Origin: Candidatus Latescibacterota bacterium
GTDB taxonomy: Bacteria > Latescibacterota > UBA2968 > UBA8231
DNA length: 64,000 nt
Reading direction: 5' to 3'
Assembly: GCA_965243025.1 (NCBI GenBank)
Contig: CBDETY010000003.1
Coordinates: 6,712,185 to 6,776,184, forward strand
Shown here: piece by piece, positions 31,011-41,400 of the stretch
How the letters are laid out: each line of letters starts with the position of its first letter
Position numbering within the stretch: position 1 is the first letter of the stretch
Program-made: the position numbers and the translations under genes
The notes under the pieces: generated by a model
Database searches by the model: none
Told to the model about the DNA's origin: nothing
The model's input: only the letters and a program-made list of their open reading frames with translations

Positions 31011-31808
31011 ATGCGAACCGAGATGACTCACCGGGGAAGTGGTGCAGGGCGGGGAAGGTCGCTGGTGGCATCCTCCGTTTTCCTGGGGATCCTTGCAGCC
31101 GGATGCGGACTGAAACTGGGGTACCGCCACTTTGCAGGCCCCGTGGTTCCGGCTGCGGAGCACGAGGAACAGTTCACGGTCGGGGACGACCGCAGCATTA
31201 CTTTCGTCCGCGGCCGCCTCGAGGTGACGATGCTGCCCCTTACCACGGAGATGATAAACCGCCAGCTGTCGTCCCATTCGGAGTCCCGCGCCGGCTTTTC
31301 CCGACCCAACCCCTACGTCACGCCCACCAATCCCTACAGTTACGGCGACTGGACCCCCCTGGGAGAGGGTACGTCCCCCGACCGCTTCACCCTGTTCGTG
31401 CTGAAGGTGAAGAATTACGCCTACCCCAAGGTCCGCATAGATCCTTCCGGCATCGAGATCGTCGCTCCGAACGGGCGTCGTTATCCGTCGCTCACCCTCT
31501 CCGCACTGGTCGAGTACTACTGGCCCTATGCGGTCGCCTACTCCGGGAACAACCACAGGCAGCTGCGCGAGCGTACGGACGTGCTGCGGCGCACTCTGTA
31601 CCGGGACGACATGGTCTTCAGCGGTCAGGAAAAGCAGGGTTTCGTCGTGTTCGAGCCGCTTCACCGCGATGTGGAAGATTTCACGCTCCATATCAACGGG
31701 ATGCAGCTGCGTTTCGACTACCGCGGCGACCCGATTGAAACCGTGGACATCGCCTATCGCTTCGACCGCGAGGTGCACTACGCCAAAGAGCCTCCCGCGG
31801 AGGGGTAG
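31011..31808 (+). CDS. hypothetical lipoprotein
   Basis: GGGAGG RBS, LAAGC lipobox after a hydrophobic stretch. Confidence 0.7.
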   Translation: MRTEMTHRGSGAGRGRSLVASSVFLGILAAGCGLKLGYRHFAGPVVPAAEHEEQFTVGDDRSITFVRGRLEVTMLPLTTEMINRQLSSHSESRAGFSRPNPYVTPTNPYSYGDWTPLGEGTSPDRFTLFVLKVKNYAYPKVRIDPSGIEIVAPNGRRYPSLTLSALVEYYWPYAVAYSGNNHRQLRERTDVLRRTLYRDDMVFSGQEKQGFVVFEPLHRDVEDFTLHINGMQLRFDYRGDPIETVDIAYRFDREVHYAKEPPAEG

Positions 31809-31812
31809 ACCG

Positions 31813-33513
31813 GTGCGGGGCCCCGTACTGATTCCAGCTTTTTTTTCGCTGCTCTTCATTTTCGGCTGCGCCCGGGAACAGAGGGAAGAGGCTGCCGATG
31901 CCGTTCCCTCTGCCCGGGATGACAACGTCCTGGCGAGAGTCGGGGACGCGGGAATTTCCGTGGGTGATCTGTACAGGTTCACCGCGGAAATGCCGGCGGT
32001 GCTGCGTTCGGAACAGGAGGGAACCGAAGCGGTTCGCGACTACCTGCAGTCGATGATCGACAAGGAGTTGATGCTTCGGGAGGGGCGCAGTCTCAACCTT
32101 GCCGGGGACCCCTCGTTCCAGGCCGCATGGGACCGGGAGTTGCATGGCAAACTGGCTCAGGAGTACCTCACCAGGAACTTTTCTCCCAGTTCAGAAGACG
32201 AGCAGGTCGAGACTTGGAGAAAGCGGTTTGCCGACAGCAAATGGAGCCGCCTGCTTCGGCTCGCTCATATTCGCGTCGGCAGTCCCGGGGAAGCCCGGGA
32301 AATCGTTCGCCAGCTCGACGAGGGGCGTTCCTTCCCAGAAGCGGCCAGGGAGCATTCCACCAGCCAGGGCACGGCTGCTGACGGCGGTGTCATCGACGCC
32401 TGGATCGGGCGCGGAAACCTGGGCGACCTGGGACTGCCCCTGGAAGTTGCAGAAGAGGTTTTCGAACTGCCGGCGGGGGAGGTGAGCCGCCCGTTCAGAA
32501 TCGGCGGCGGCTACGAGATTCTCACGGTGGTCGAAGAGCGCGATGCCCCGGACTGGTACCTCCCGGTTTTCGTGCGGGTCGAGATCGAAAAGAGATTCCT
32601 CTCCTGGAGGGATGATCTTGTTGCCGAGCTGGCCCGGAGCCACGGGGTTCGCATGGAGCCGGAGGCCGTCTCGGCGTTGCTGCAAGGGGCGCCGGCCGGC
32701 GGCAAGCCCCTCGAGCTGCCCGCCGAAGAGCAGGGACTGGTACTGTGCCGTTTCGATGGCAGGGAGTACAGCCTCGCGGACTTCGCCCGCGCCTACGGGA
32801 GCTTTTCCACCTTTCGCGCCATCGAATTCGACGACGAGGGAATTGAGGGGTTCGCGGTCAATCACCTGTTGCGGGACAGCCTGCTGGCAAGGGCCGCGCG
32901 GGACGCCGGTATCGACAGCGATCCCGAAGTCCTGGCCTGGCTGGACAGCAAACGGGACAACATGATGATCGAAGCGCTGCGAAAACGGGAGGTAGACGAC
33001 CGCATAACGGCCAGTGAAGAATCGATACGGCGATACTACGAGGAAAACAAGCACCGCTTCATGAGGCCGGCTGAAATCGCCGTGGCGGAGATACTGGTGA
33101 AGACCCGTGAGGAGGCTGAGCAGCTTGCCCGGAGGGTTCGACGCGGGGAAGACATAAGGAAGCTGGCCAGCCAGTACAGCGTCCGGGAAGACGTAGTGGT
33201 GGAAAACGGCGTCTTCCACATGCATCCCTACGAACGCGTGGTTTTCGGAGAATTGCTCGCAGAGGCGGAGGAGGCGGAGGTCGGCGAGTTGCGGGGACCG
33301 ATCGAAGTCGACGAAGGGTTCTCAATGTTCGAGGTGGTAGAGAAGATCCCACCCAGACCGGACTCCTTCGAGCGGGCCCGCGGCAGGGCGGAGTTCTGGG
33401 TCAGGGACCAGCAGGAGCGGCGGTATTTCGGCGAGCTGCTTGCAAGGCTCAGAGAGAAGTACGCTACCGAAGTCGTCGTTCACGAAGACCGCCTTTTCAA
33501 AGTGCAAATCTGA
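31813..33513 (+). CDS. parvulin-type peptidyl-prolyl cis-trans isomerase (SurA/PrsA-like lipoprotein)
   Basis: IFGC lipobox, two rotamase domains (RLAHIRV...FPEAAREHS, EILVKTREEA...LASQYS). Confidence 0.85.
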   Translation: MRGPVLIPAFFSLLFIFGCAREQREEAADAVPSARDDNVLARVGDAGISVGDLYRFTAEMPAVLRSEQEGTEAVRDYLQSMIDKELMLREGRSLNLAGDPSFQAAWDRELHGKLAQEYLTRNFSPSSEDEQVETWRKRFADSKWSRLLRLAHIRVGSPGEAREIVRQLDEGRSFPEAAREHSTSQGTAADGGVIDAWIGRGNLGDLGLPLEVAEEVFELPAGEVSRPFRIGGGYEILTVVEERDAPDWYLPVFVRVEIEKRFLSWRDDLVAELARSHGVRMEPEAVSALLQGAPAGGKPLELPAEEQGLVLCRFDGREYSLADFARAYGSFSTFRAIEFDDEGIEGFAVNHLLRDSLLARAARDAGIDSDPEVLAWLDSKRDNMMIEALRKREVDDRITASEESIRRYYEENKHRFMRPAEIAVAEILVKTREEAEQLARRVRRGEDIRKLASQYSVREDVVVENGVFHMHPYERVVFGELLAEAEEAEVGELRGPIEVDEGFSMFEVVEKIPPRPDSFERARGRAEFWVRDQQERRYFGELLARLREKYATEVVVHEDRLFKVQI

Positions 33514-33534
33514 AACCGGACGGGGTCAACGGGT

Positions 33535-34344
33535 ATGGTTGCCGAAAAGCAGAAAGAGGAGTATTACGACCGGGGGTACTTCATTACGGACGACGCGGTG
33601 CCGGCGGAAATGCTCGAGAACATGGTGGAGGCCGCAATCCGCGCAACCGCGAAGGTGCGCTCCGGTGCGGTGGTTACGGGGGGCGAGAAAGTGGAGGTCG
33701 ACGGCGAGGGCAGCGACGTGGAGCATATCGAAGGTGTGTTCGCCCCGGAATTCCAGGAACCGTTGTTCGCCGAGTACATGTGCTGCGACGAACTGCTGAA
33801 CTATGTGACGGGATTTCTCGGAGAGAAGTTGCGCCTGGGATGGATGACCCTGTGTGTCAACGGGCCGGGCTACGACAGCGGTTGGCACCGCGACTTCGGG
33901 GCAGAGGAGCGGGACGGCAGCTACGAAGTCGAGATGGAGATCCTTGGCCGCAACATGAAGAACCAGTTCAAATGGAGCCTGGCCCTGAAGGACGATCCGT
34001 GCCTGCTGTTGGTACCGGGCAGCCAGCGCCGCTACCGCACCGACGAAGAGCGCGAGTGTCTGATAAACACCCGGCACAAGGACATTTCCGGACAGAAGGA
34101 AGTCTTTCTGAGAAAGGGCGAGACCCTGTTCTGGAACGGCAATACCATCCATCGGGGGAGGGCTCCGGAAGAGTTCGCGGGGCGGCTTACAGTTCGGGCC
34201 GGCATGGCGAAATACCAGGAGAACGAAGGAGTTGAAGACCTGGGGAACCGGTTTCGCTGGATGCGGGCGCCGAACGTCCGTGACGCCCTGCCCCGGAAAC
34301 TCCATACTCCGTACGACCGCTGGTTGGCCGTGCAGCCCACCTGA
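33535..34344 (+). CDS. phytanoyl-CoA dioxygenase (PhyH) family protein
   Basis: YDRGYFI, GWHRD, LLLVPGSQ, TIHRG. Confidence 0.88.
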   Translation: MVAEKQKEEYYDRGYFITDDAVPAEMLENMVEAAIRATAKVRSGAVVTGGEKVEVDGEGSDVEHIEGVFAPEFQEPLFAEYMCCDELLNYVTGFLGEKLRLGWMTLCVNGPGYDSGWHRDFGAEERDGSYEVEMEILGRNMKNQFKWSLALKDDPCLLLVPGSQRRYRTDEERECLINTRHKDISGQKEVFLRKGETLFWNGNTIHRGRAPEEFAGRLTVRAGMAKYQENEGVEDLGNRFRWMRAPNVRDALPRKLHTPYDRWLAVQPT

Positions 34345-34576
34345 AAGGTGCACCGCACGTTTCCATGCTCAGGAAGTCCAGGGCGGCCCCCAGGGCACCG
34401 AATCCGTCGTTGGGTCCTTCCTCGAACCTCCCCTGATCCACCGGGTCGCGCTCATTGGCCTGGCGCGCAATTCCGGGCTTCACCGCCAGAGTGACTTGCT
34501 CCAGCGCGCCAGGTAACCGACACCCGCAATCCGAACACTCCAGCCCTATCTGCTGACCGCACGAAACCGGCTTCTG

Positions 34577-37324
34577 TTGGCGGCGGTGGTCCTGTCGGGA
34601 GCCGGCGGCCTGATCTATCAGCTGGCCTGGACGCGTCAGCTGGCCAGCGTCACCAGCGCCACCTATACGGCGCAGGCTGTAGTTCTTGCCGTTTTCATGG
34701 CTGGACTCGGTGTCGGGGCCTGCTTCGGAGGCCGGCTGAGCAAGCTGCTGCAGCGCCCCCTTTACGGCTACGCCGCCTTCGAACTTGCCGCTGCCTTTCT
34801 GGCGGCGCTTTCGACGCTCCTGTTTCCCGCCTCGGGGGCGCTGCGGGAGATCGTTTCCGCCGCGGGGCTGTCCCCGGCAGCCGCTTTCCGGGGTCAACTG
34901 ACCGCGGTCGCTGTGTTTCTGATGTTCCCTACCACCCTCCTCGGGGCATCGCTTCCCCTGTTGATCGAACAGGTCGATCGCGACAACGGCCCGCCTGGAA
35001 AACCGGAAACGGCTCGCTTCACGAGCCTGCTGTACTGCTGGAATACTCTGGGCGCGGCCGCCGGATGTCTTCTGGCCGGGTACGCGACGATCGAAATGTT
35101 CGGGTTGTCGCGCACGATTTACTGCGGCGCCGCGTGCGCAGCCGGTGCGGCGGCCATGGCGTTCCTGATACAGGGCCGGGCGGCGGATGGCGGAGGTTTG
35201 CCGGAAACGGCCCGAGTCCCCGAAAAGCAGGGTGGCAGGCCCGCAGAAACCGGTTGGGTGCTGGGAGCAGCGGCAACGTGCGGGTTTGCGGGGATGGGTG
35301 CCGAGGTGTTGTGGACGAGGCTGGTGTCGCTGGTCGTTCTCACCACTGCTTATGCCCTGGCCCAGGTCCTGGCTGCGGTATTGGCCGGCATCGCCATGGG
35401 GGCAGGTATGGCTGCGTTCGTCATCAGGCGGCAATCGGGCGCTTCCTCGCTGTTGGGGACCACGGGGGTCCTGCTCGCCATCGGCGCCGCAGCGATGGCT
35501 GCAGTACCGGCCGCTCTGCTGCATGTCGCCGGGCGCTATGAGGCGATGTTGCAGCTGGCCTCGGGCCCGTCGCCATGGTCGCTGGTGCTGATGCTGGTAG
35601 TGGCCCTGCCGTCGGCGCTGCTGGCTGCGGCCCTGCCGTTGTTGGTCGCGGCGATACACGCCCAGGGCCGCACAGCGAGCGCCTTCGGAATCCTGTATGG
35701 GGCAAACACCGCCGGTGCGGTTGCCGGAAGCCTTGCCATGGGGTTCCTGTTGCTGCCTCTGCTCGGATCCCGGGCCAGCGGAATCGCCTTGCTGCTGGCG
35801 GTTCTTTCGGTGAGCGCGCTGCTGATGGCCAGGGCCGGCGCCTCCATGCGGACGTGGGGGATCGCCGCGGCGGCGGCGGCGACTTCCTCCGTCCTGGCTT
35901 GCTTCGCCGACATTCCACGGAATCTGTACGAGCGCCGGCTCGACGCCGGATGGGAGATCATGGAACTGGCCGAGGGGAGGCTGAGCGATGTCATGGTCGC
36001 GCAGGACTCCCGCGGCGTCCGCAGGCTGTGGATCAACTCCTCCTGGGTGGCCGGGACCGAGGGGGGCCACCGCCTCCTCGGCCACCTGCCTGCCCTCTTC
36101 GTCGAGCGGCCCAGGCGAGGCCTCGGAATCGCCCTGGGAACCGGGCAGACATTCGCCTCGGTCCTGCGTCACGGTGTCCGGGAACTGCACTGCGTCGAGT
36201 TGGACGCCGGGGTGATCGAGCTGTCGAGGCGATGGTTCGCCAGGGCCAACGACGGCCTTTTCGACAAGCCTGGAGTCGTGCTGCACCATGACGACGGCCG
36301 CGCTTTCATGCGCGCCTCCAGGGAGCGCTACGACCTCGTGATCCTCGAACCCCTGCAGGCCTGGACCCTGGGCACGACGAACCTGTACACCCGTGAGTTC
36401 TACGAGGAAGCAGAGGCGATCCTGGCGCCCGGGGGCGTCCTGGCGCAATGGATCCCATTCTACGGTCAGAGCGTGCGGGACACGCGCGCCATGGTCAGGG
36501 CTGCCGTCGAAGTGTTCCCCAATGCGAGCCTGTGGCTCGATGACCACGACGGCATCCTCCTGCTGCAGGCGGAACCGCTCGTCCTGTCGCCTGGCAGGCT
36601 CGGGAAACGCATTCACGACCGCAACGTCCGGCCGGAACTGGAGCGCAACCATGTGGAGGAAATCGAGGACATGCTTTCCCTGTTCCTGCTGGGACCGGAA
36701 GGGGTGCGAACCTGGTCCGAAGGGGTTCCGATCCTGAGCGACGATCATCCGTTCCTGGAGTTCTCCGCCGCCCGTCAGCTCGGCACGCAGGTGTATCGCG
36801 ACATCCTTCGTTCGATCATTCCGGAACTGGAGGATCCGGTGAAGTACGCGTCCGCCGGGGACAGGGATCGAAGTGCCGCTTCCGAAACCGGCCCGCTAAT
36901 CGCCGCCGGGATGATTCGGAACGCCTTGCTCGAGGAGAGGAGCCTGGCGGTCGGAAGCCATGAAAAGCGCGCTTCCGCCCTGGAAAAGGGACTGGGGCGC
37001 GTCCCCCGATCCAGGCTGCTGCGGAAGAGATACAGCGACCTGATTCTCACTTGGGCGGAATCGGAGGGGAGGACGCCGGACGGGGCCGGGACGGCCGCGG
37101 CTATCTACCGGAGAGGCCTGGAGCATGCTCCCGGCCTGGGTGAAATCGCGGTCGAGCTCGCCGTTCTCTACGGAAGGCTGGGCGATTACGGGGCCGCGCG
37201 TGCAGCGCTGGAGCAGGCGGATTCTGACCCGCGCGTACGGGATTCGGTGAGGAAGGTCCGCCGCCGTCTCGAATCCGCGGAACTCAACCGGGCGGCGCGA
37301 TTGCCCGGGATGTCAGGGGAGTAG
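34577..37324 (+). CDS. fused MFS-like/spermidine synthase protein with C-terminal TPR
   Basis: SGAGGLIYQLAWTR, YAAFEL, NTLGAAAG, ALGTGQT, VELDAGV, DDGRAF, NLYTREFY, start codon uncertain. Confidence 0.85.
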   Translation: MAAVVLSGAGGLIYQLAWTRQLASVTSATYTAQAVVLAVFMAGLGVGACFGGRLSKLLQRPLYGYAAFELAAAFLAALSTLLFPASGALREIVSAAGLSPAAAFRGQLTAVAVFLMFPTTLLGASLPLLIEQVDRDNGPPGKPETARFTSLLYCWNTLGAAAGCLLAGYATIEMFGLSRTIYCGAACAAGAAAMAFLIQGRAADGGGLPETARVPEKQGGRPAETGWVLGAAATCGFAGMGAEVLWTRLVSLVVLTTAYALAQVLAAVLAGIAMGAGMAAFVIRRQSGASSLLGTTGVLLAIGAAAMAAVPAALLHVAGRYEAMLQLASGPSPWSLVLMLVVALPSALLAAALPLLVAAIHAQGRTASAFGILYGANTAGAVAGSLAMGFLLLPLLGSRASGIALLLAVLSVSALLMARAGASMRTWGIAAAAAATSSVLACFADIPRNLYERRLDAGWEIMELAEGRLSDVMVAQDSRGVRRLWINSSWVAGTEGGHRLLGHLPALFVERPRRGLGIALGTGQTFASVLRHGVRELHCVELDAGVIELSRRWFARANDGLFDKPGVVLHHDDGRAFMRASRERYDLVILEPLQAWTLGTTNLYTREFYEEAEAILAPGGVLAQWIPFYGQSVRDTRAMVRAAVEVFPNASLWLDDHDGILLLQAEPLVLSPGRLGKRIHDRNVRPELERNHVEEIEDMLSLFLLGPEGVRTWSEGVPILSDDHPFLEFSAARQLGTQVYRDILRSIIPELEDPVKYASAGDRDRSAASETGPLIAAGMIRNALLEERSLAVGSHEKRASALEKGLGRVPRSRLLRKRYSDLILTWAESEGRTPDGAGTAAAIYRRGLEHAPGLGEIAVELAVLYGRLGDYGAARAALEQADSDPRVRDSVRKVRRRLESAELNRAARLPGMSGE

Positions 37325-37397
37325 CGGCGTACCGACGCCCACTCAGAAACCGAAAGCTGTGCAGCCCTCCTGCCGATCTACCGGAACAGAGCCGCAA

Positions 37398-38381
37398 TCA
37401 GGACCTCCGCAGAAGGCGGCGGCCTCCGGCGAGCAGTTTCAGCAGCCGGCTCGGGAAGGCCTCGACGGCATAGTACGAAACCAGGCTGCCGCCGAATCCC
37501 CGCTTGAAAAAGGCGATCCCCGGAAGGTTGGCGCCGACGAAGTCGAACCGGGGAAAGGGGGTCTGTTCGAGCAGCTTCCAGTAGAGAAAGGAAGTGGCCC
37601 CGCTTTCGCGAAAGGCGGGGTCGGCCCCGGAGACCCAGGCGTAGATGCTGTCGAAGCCGCGGGCGAATACGACTACCGAGGCGGTGCGGCCGGAGCCCTC
37701 GACCACCCGGTAGGCTTCGGTGAGGTCGCGTTCCCGCGCCCCGGAAGCGAAACTCCTCACGACGTCGGGAGCAACGGGAGGACGGTCCTGTCCGTAAACC
37801 AGCTCGTACAGCTGCACCAGCTCGTCGAGGTCTTCGGCAGGCTCGAACCGGAATGCCTCCGATGCCTTGCGGATGACGGTGCGGGTGCGGCGTTCGAGAC
37901 GGGACCAGACCGCCCCGGAGCCGCAGCCGAGGTCGGTGACGTAGGTGTACCGGGGCGCGGGGGCCCAGCCTGCCCAGGAAAACTCGCGGACGTCGGCGAC
38001 TTCCGGGGCAAGGGTGAGGCGCACGTGTCCGTAGCGGCGTTCGAGGAATTCGATCAGGGCGCGGGTTTCCCCGCGCCGCTCCGACTCCTGCCGCGACGGC
38101 AGGTCGCTGGGGACCGGCCGGTGGATGAAGCCGCCGTGCGGCATCAGGGGCGGGGTGATCAACTGTCTGCCGCCGCGCCGTTCGAGGCCGCTGACCCCGG
38201 CCACCAGCTGTCCCTTCCTGTAGCAGCCGTAGCTGACGGCGCGGTCGCCGGTCGCTTCCCCGGCGCACTCGAGCCAGGCCCGCGTCGAGAATACCGTTCC
38301 GCCCACGGCGCCGCGCACGAACTCATCCCAGTCGCCGGCGCCGCTCGCGTCGGCGATCTCGTACAGATCATCAGCGGGCAT
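37398..38381 (-). CDS. GNAT family N-acetyltransferase (FemAB-like)
   Basis: WDEFV...TVFS..AWL, FDFVGANLPGIAFFKRGFGG. Confidence 0.8.
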   Translation of the reverse strand: MPADDLYEIADASGAGDWDEFVRGAVGGTVFSTRAWLECAGEATGDRAVSYGCYRKGQLVAGVSGLERRGGRQLITPPLMPHGGFIHRPVPSDLPSRQESERRGETRALIEFLERRYGHVRLTLAPEVADVREFSWAGWAPAPRYTYVTDLGCGSGAVWSRLERRTRTVIRKASEAFRFEPAEDLDELVQLYELVYGQDRPPVAPDVVRSFASGARERDLTEAYRVVEGSGRTASVVVFARGFDSIYAWVSGADPAFRESGATSFLYWKLLEQTPFPRFDFVGANLPGIAFFKRGFGGSLVSYYAVEAFPSRLLKLLAGGRRLLRRS

Positions 38382-38403
38382 TATCCCTCAACCATGGTCC
38401 TTG

Positions 38404-38432
38404 TTGACATCCCCAGAAGGCCAATCTATATT
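38404..38432 (+). promoter_or_regulatory. sigma70 promoter of the ilv/leu operon
   Basis: TTGACA (38404-38409), 17-bp spacer, TATATT (38427-38432) in an AT-rich island. Confidence 0.8.
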
Positions 38433-38474
38433 AACAAAATTAAACTTTATTCTAAACACTTGGGCCGCTTAGGT

Positions 38475-38603
38475 TTGCACTGCTCTTCAAACAGGATTCG
38501 CAAGACGGCTCCCGCCGCGCGCCGCGAAACCCCGACACCGGCCTCCCTGCGCATCCTCCCGATCATTACCCTGCTCCTCGGCCTTACCGCGCCGATCGAG
38601 TAG
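38475..38603 (+). promoter_or_regulatory. putative Ile/Leu-rich attenuation leader peptide
   Basis: open frame ending LRILPIITLLLGLTAPIE*, between promoter and ilvC, only TTG starts (38460 or 38475). Confidence 0.65.
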
Positions 38604-38735
38604 GCTCCGCTCTTTCGCTACCGACAACCTCACCGAGAACGGAGCCTTGAAGAAATTCAAAGGCAGTGACCGAACTGTGTCTGTCGCGATGTCCGTCGAG
38701 ACCAAACCGGTACTTCCCACTCAACACCCCAGGAG

Positions 38736-39734
38736 ATGACGACGATGCAGATGTTCTACGACGATGACGCCAACCTCGAACTGCTGGCGGAAAAAACCGT
38801 GGCGGTGATCGGCTACGGCAGCCAGGGCCACGCGCACGCCCTCAACCTCAAGGAGAGCGGGGTCAGCGTCGTCGTCGGGCTCCGCGAGGGCAGCGCCCGC
38901 CGCGCCGAAGCGGAAAAGGACGGCCTCGCCGTGGCCACCGTACCCGAGGCGGCGAAGGCCGGCGACATCATCATGATTCTCATAAACGACGAGATCCAGG
39001 GAGCGGTGTTCAAATCCGACATCGAGCCCAACCTCGAAGAGGGGAACGCGGTGGCCTTCGCCCACGGGTTCAACATCCACTTCAAGCAGGTGGTTCCCCC
39101 GGACGACGTCGACGTCTTCATGGTGGCCCCGAAGGGCCCCGGCCACCTGGTGCGCCGGGTATACGAGGAAGGGGGAGGAGTTCCCTGTCTGCTGGCGATC
39201 GGGCAGGACGCCACCGGGCGCGCCCACGAAATCGGGCTCGCCTACGCCAAGGGCATCGGCGGCACCCGCGGAGGCGTCATCACCACGACCTTCCGCGAGG
39301 AGACCGAGACCGACCTGTTCGGCGAGCAGGTGGTGCTGTGCGGGGGCCTGACCGAGCTGATCCGCGCCGGCTTCGAGACCCTCGTCGAGGCGGGTTATCA
39401 GCCGGAGGTCTGTTACTTCGAGTGCCTGCACGAAGTGAAGCTGATCGTCGACCTGATTTACGAGGGGGGCATCGCCAACATGCGCTCGTCGATCTCCGAT
39501 ACCGCCGAGTTCGGCGATCTGACCCGTGGCAAGCGAGTGGTCACGGAGGAGACGCGGCAGCGGATGAAGAAGATCCTCGAGGAGGTGCAGAACGGACAGT
39601 TCGCCAAGGAGTGGATGTTGGAGAACCGGGTGGGCCGGCCGGTCTACAACGCCCGCAAACGCCAGGACGCGGAGCACCAGATCGAAGAGGTGGGGGCACG
39701 CCTCCGCGGCATGATGAGCTGGCTGGAGGGGTAG
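38736..39734 (+). CDS. ilvC: ketol-acid reductoisomerase
   Basis: [30 protein letters not shown], true start probably ATG 38745. Confidence 0.98.
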   Translation: MTTMQMFYDDDANLELLAEKTVAVIGYGSQGHAHALNLKESGVSVVVGLREGSARRAEAEKDGLAVATVPEAAKAGDIIMILINDEIQGAVFKSDIEPNLEEGNAVAFAHGFNIHFKQVVPPDDVDVFMVAPKGPGHLVRRVYEEGGGVPCLLAIGQDATGRAHEIGLAYAKGIGGTRGGVITTTFREETETDLFGEQVVLCGGLTELIRAGFETLVEAGYQPEVCYFECLHEVKLIVDLIYEGGIANMRSSISDTAEFGDLTRGKRVVTEETRQRMKKILEEVQNGQFAKEWMLENRVGRPVYNARKRQDAEHQIEEVGARLRGMMSWLEG

Positions 39735-39841
39735 GGTTCCCCGGTTCCGGCAACAGATACGAGTCCACAGTGCGCCTGGCCCGCACGCAGCTCGCGAGTG
39801 AAGCAACGATCCCGCCAGCGGCATCGTGAAAGGGACGAGCC

Positions 39842-41386
39842 ATGGAAACTGATCGCGTAGTGATTTTCGATACGACGTTGCGGGACGCCGAGCAGACGCC
39901 CGGCGCCTCTCTCACCGTGCCGGACAAGCTCGAGATCGCCCACCAGCTCGCCCGGCTCGGCGTCGACGTCATCGAAGCCGGGTTTCCGATCTCTTCCAAC
40001 GAGGATTTCGAGGCCGTTCACCGCATAGGGCAGGAGGTCGAGGGCCCGGCGATCTGCGGCCTGTGCCGCGTCGTGCTCAAGGATGTCGACCGCGCCGGAG
40101 AGGCCCTGGAGGACGCCCCGAAAGGGCGGATCCACACCTTCGTCGGCACCTCTCCCCAGCACCGGACCATGATGAAAAAGTCCGCCCCCGAGGTGCTGGA
40201 GATGGCGGTGAGGGCGGTGGAGCGGGCGAGGTCCTGCACCGCCGACGTCGAGTTCTCCCCGATGGACGCCACCCGCACCGAGGGCGAATACCTGTTCGAG
40301 GTGGTCGAGGCGACGATCGCGGCCGGGGCGACGACCATCAACATCCCCGACACTGTCGGCTACACGGTTCCAGACGACTTCGCGCGGCTGATAGCCGGCC
40401 TCCTCGCCGAGGTGCCCAACGCCGGCGACGCCGTTTTCAGCGTTCACTGCCACGACGACCTCGGGATGGCGGTGGCCAACACCCTGGCCGCCTTGAAGGC
40501 CGGGGCGCGCCAGGTCGAGTGCACGATCAACGGTTTGGGAGAGCGGGCGGGCAACTGCTCGCTCGAAGAGGTGGTGATGGCGCTGCGGACGCGCCGCGAC
40601 TTTTTCGGCCTCCACACCGGGGTCGCCGCCGGCGAGATCGTCCACACCAGCCGCATGGTCAGCCGCCTGATGGGGATCGCGGTACCCCCCAACAAGGCGA
40701 TCGTCGGGGCCAATGCCTTCGCTCACAGCTCCGGCATTCACCAGGACGGAGTGCTCAAGAAGCGGGACAACTTCGAGATCATCGATCCCCGCGAGGTCGG
40801 CTGGGAGGACACCAGCATCGTGTTGAGCGCCCGCTCCGGGCGGCACGCCCTGCGGCACCGGCTCGAGAAGCTCGGGTACGAGCTGACGCCCGAAGAGCTG
40901 GACAAGGCGTACGACCGCTTCATCGAGGTGGCCGACAAGAAGAAGGAGGTCTTCGACGAGGACCTGATGGCGATCGTCGGGGACGAGCTGCGCAACGTCG
41001 CCGAGAAGTACCGGCTCGACTACCTGCAGACGGTCAGCGGCACCGGCTCGATTCCGGCGGCCACGGTGCGGATCCAGGTCGACGGCGGGGAACCGCTGCA
41101 GGCATCCGCCTGCGGGGACGGTCCGGTAGACGCCGCCTACGAGGCGATCAACGCGGCCTTGAAGATCGACAGCGTCAAGGTCGAGGAGTACGGAATCCAG
41201 GCGATAACCGGCGGCAGCCAGGCGATGGGTGAGGTAACCGTCCGGGTCGCCGACGGAGATCTGAAAACCACGGGTCACGGAGTCTCGACCGACATCATCG
41301 AAGCCAGCGCCAAGGCCTACGTCGATGCCTTGAATCGGCTGGACGTCCGCAAGACCCGGCACGAGCAGCGCATGCAGGCGCTCTGA
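39842..41386 (+). CDS. leuA: 2-isopropylmalate synthase
   Basis: [35 protein letters not shown]-terminal allosteric domain. Confidence 0.96.
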   Translation: METDRVVIFDTTLRDAEQTPGASLTVPDKLEIAHQLARLGVDVIEAGFPISSNEDFEAVHRIGQEVEGPAICGLCRVVLKDVDRAGEALEDAPKGRIHTFVGTSPQHRTMMKKSAPEVLEMAVRAVERARSCTADVEFSPMDATRTEGEYLFEVVEATIAAGATTINIPDTVGYTVPDDFARLIAGLLAEVPNAGDAVFSVHCHDDLGMAVANTLAALKAGARQVECTINGLGERAGNCSLEEVVMALRTRRDFFGLHTGVAAGEIVHTSRMVSRLMGIAVPPNKAIVGANAFAHSSGIHQDGVLKKRDNFEIIDPREVGWEDTSIVLSARSGRHALRHRLEKLGYELTPEELDKAYDRFIEVADKKKEVFDEDLMAIVGDELRNVAEKYRLDYLQTVSGTGSIPAATVRIQVDGGEPLQASACGDGPVDAAYEAINAALKIDSVKVEEYGIQAITGGSQAMGEVTVRVADGDLKTTGHGVSTDIIEASAKAYVDALNRLDVRKTRHEQRMQAL

Positions 41387-41400
41387 GGGCGGGACGGAAA

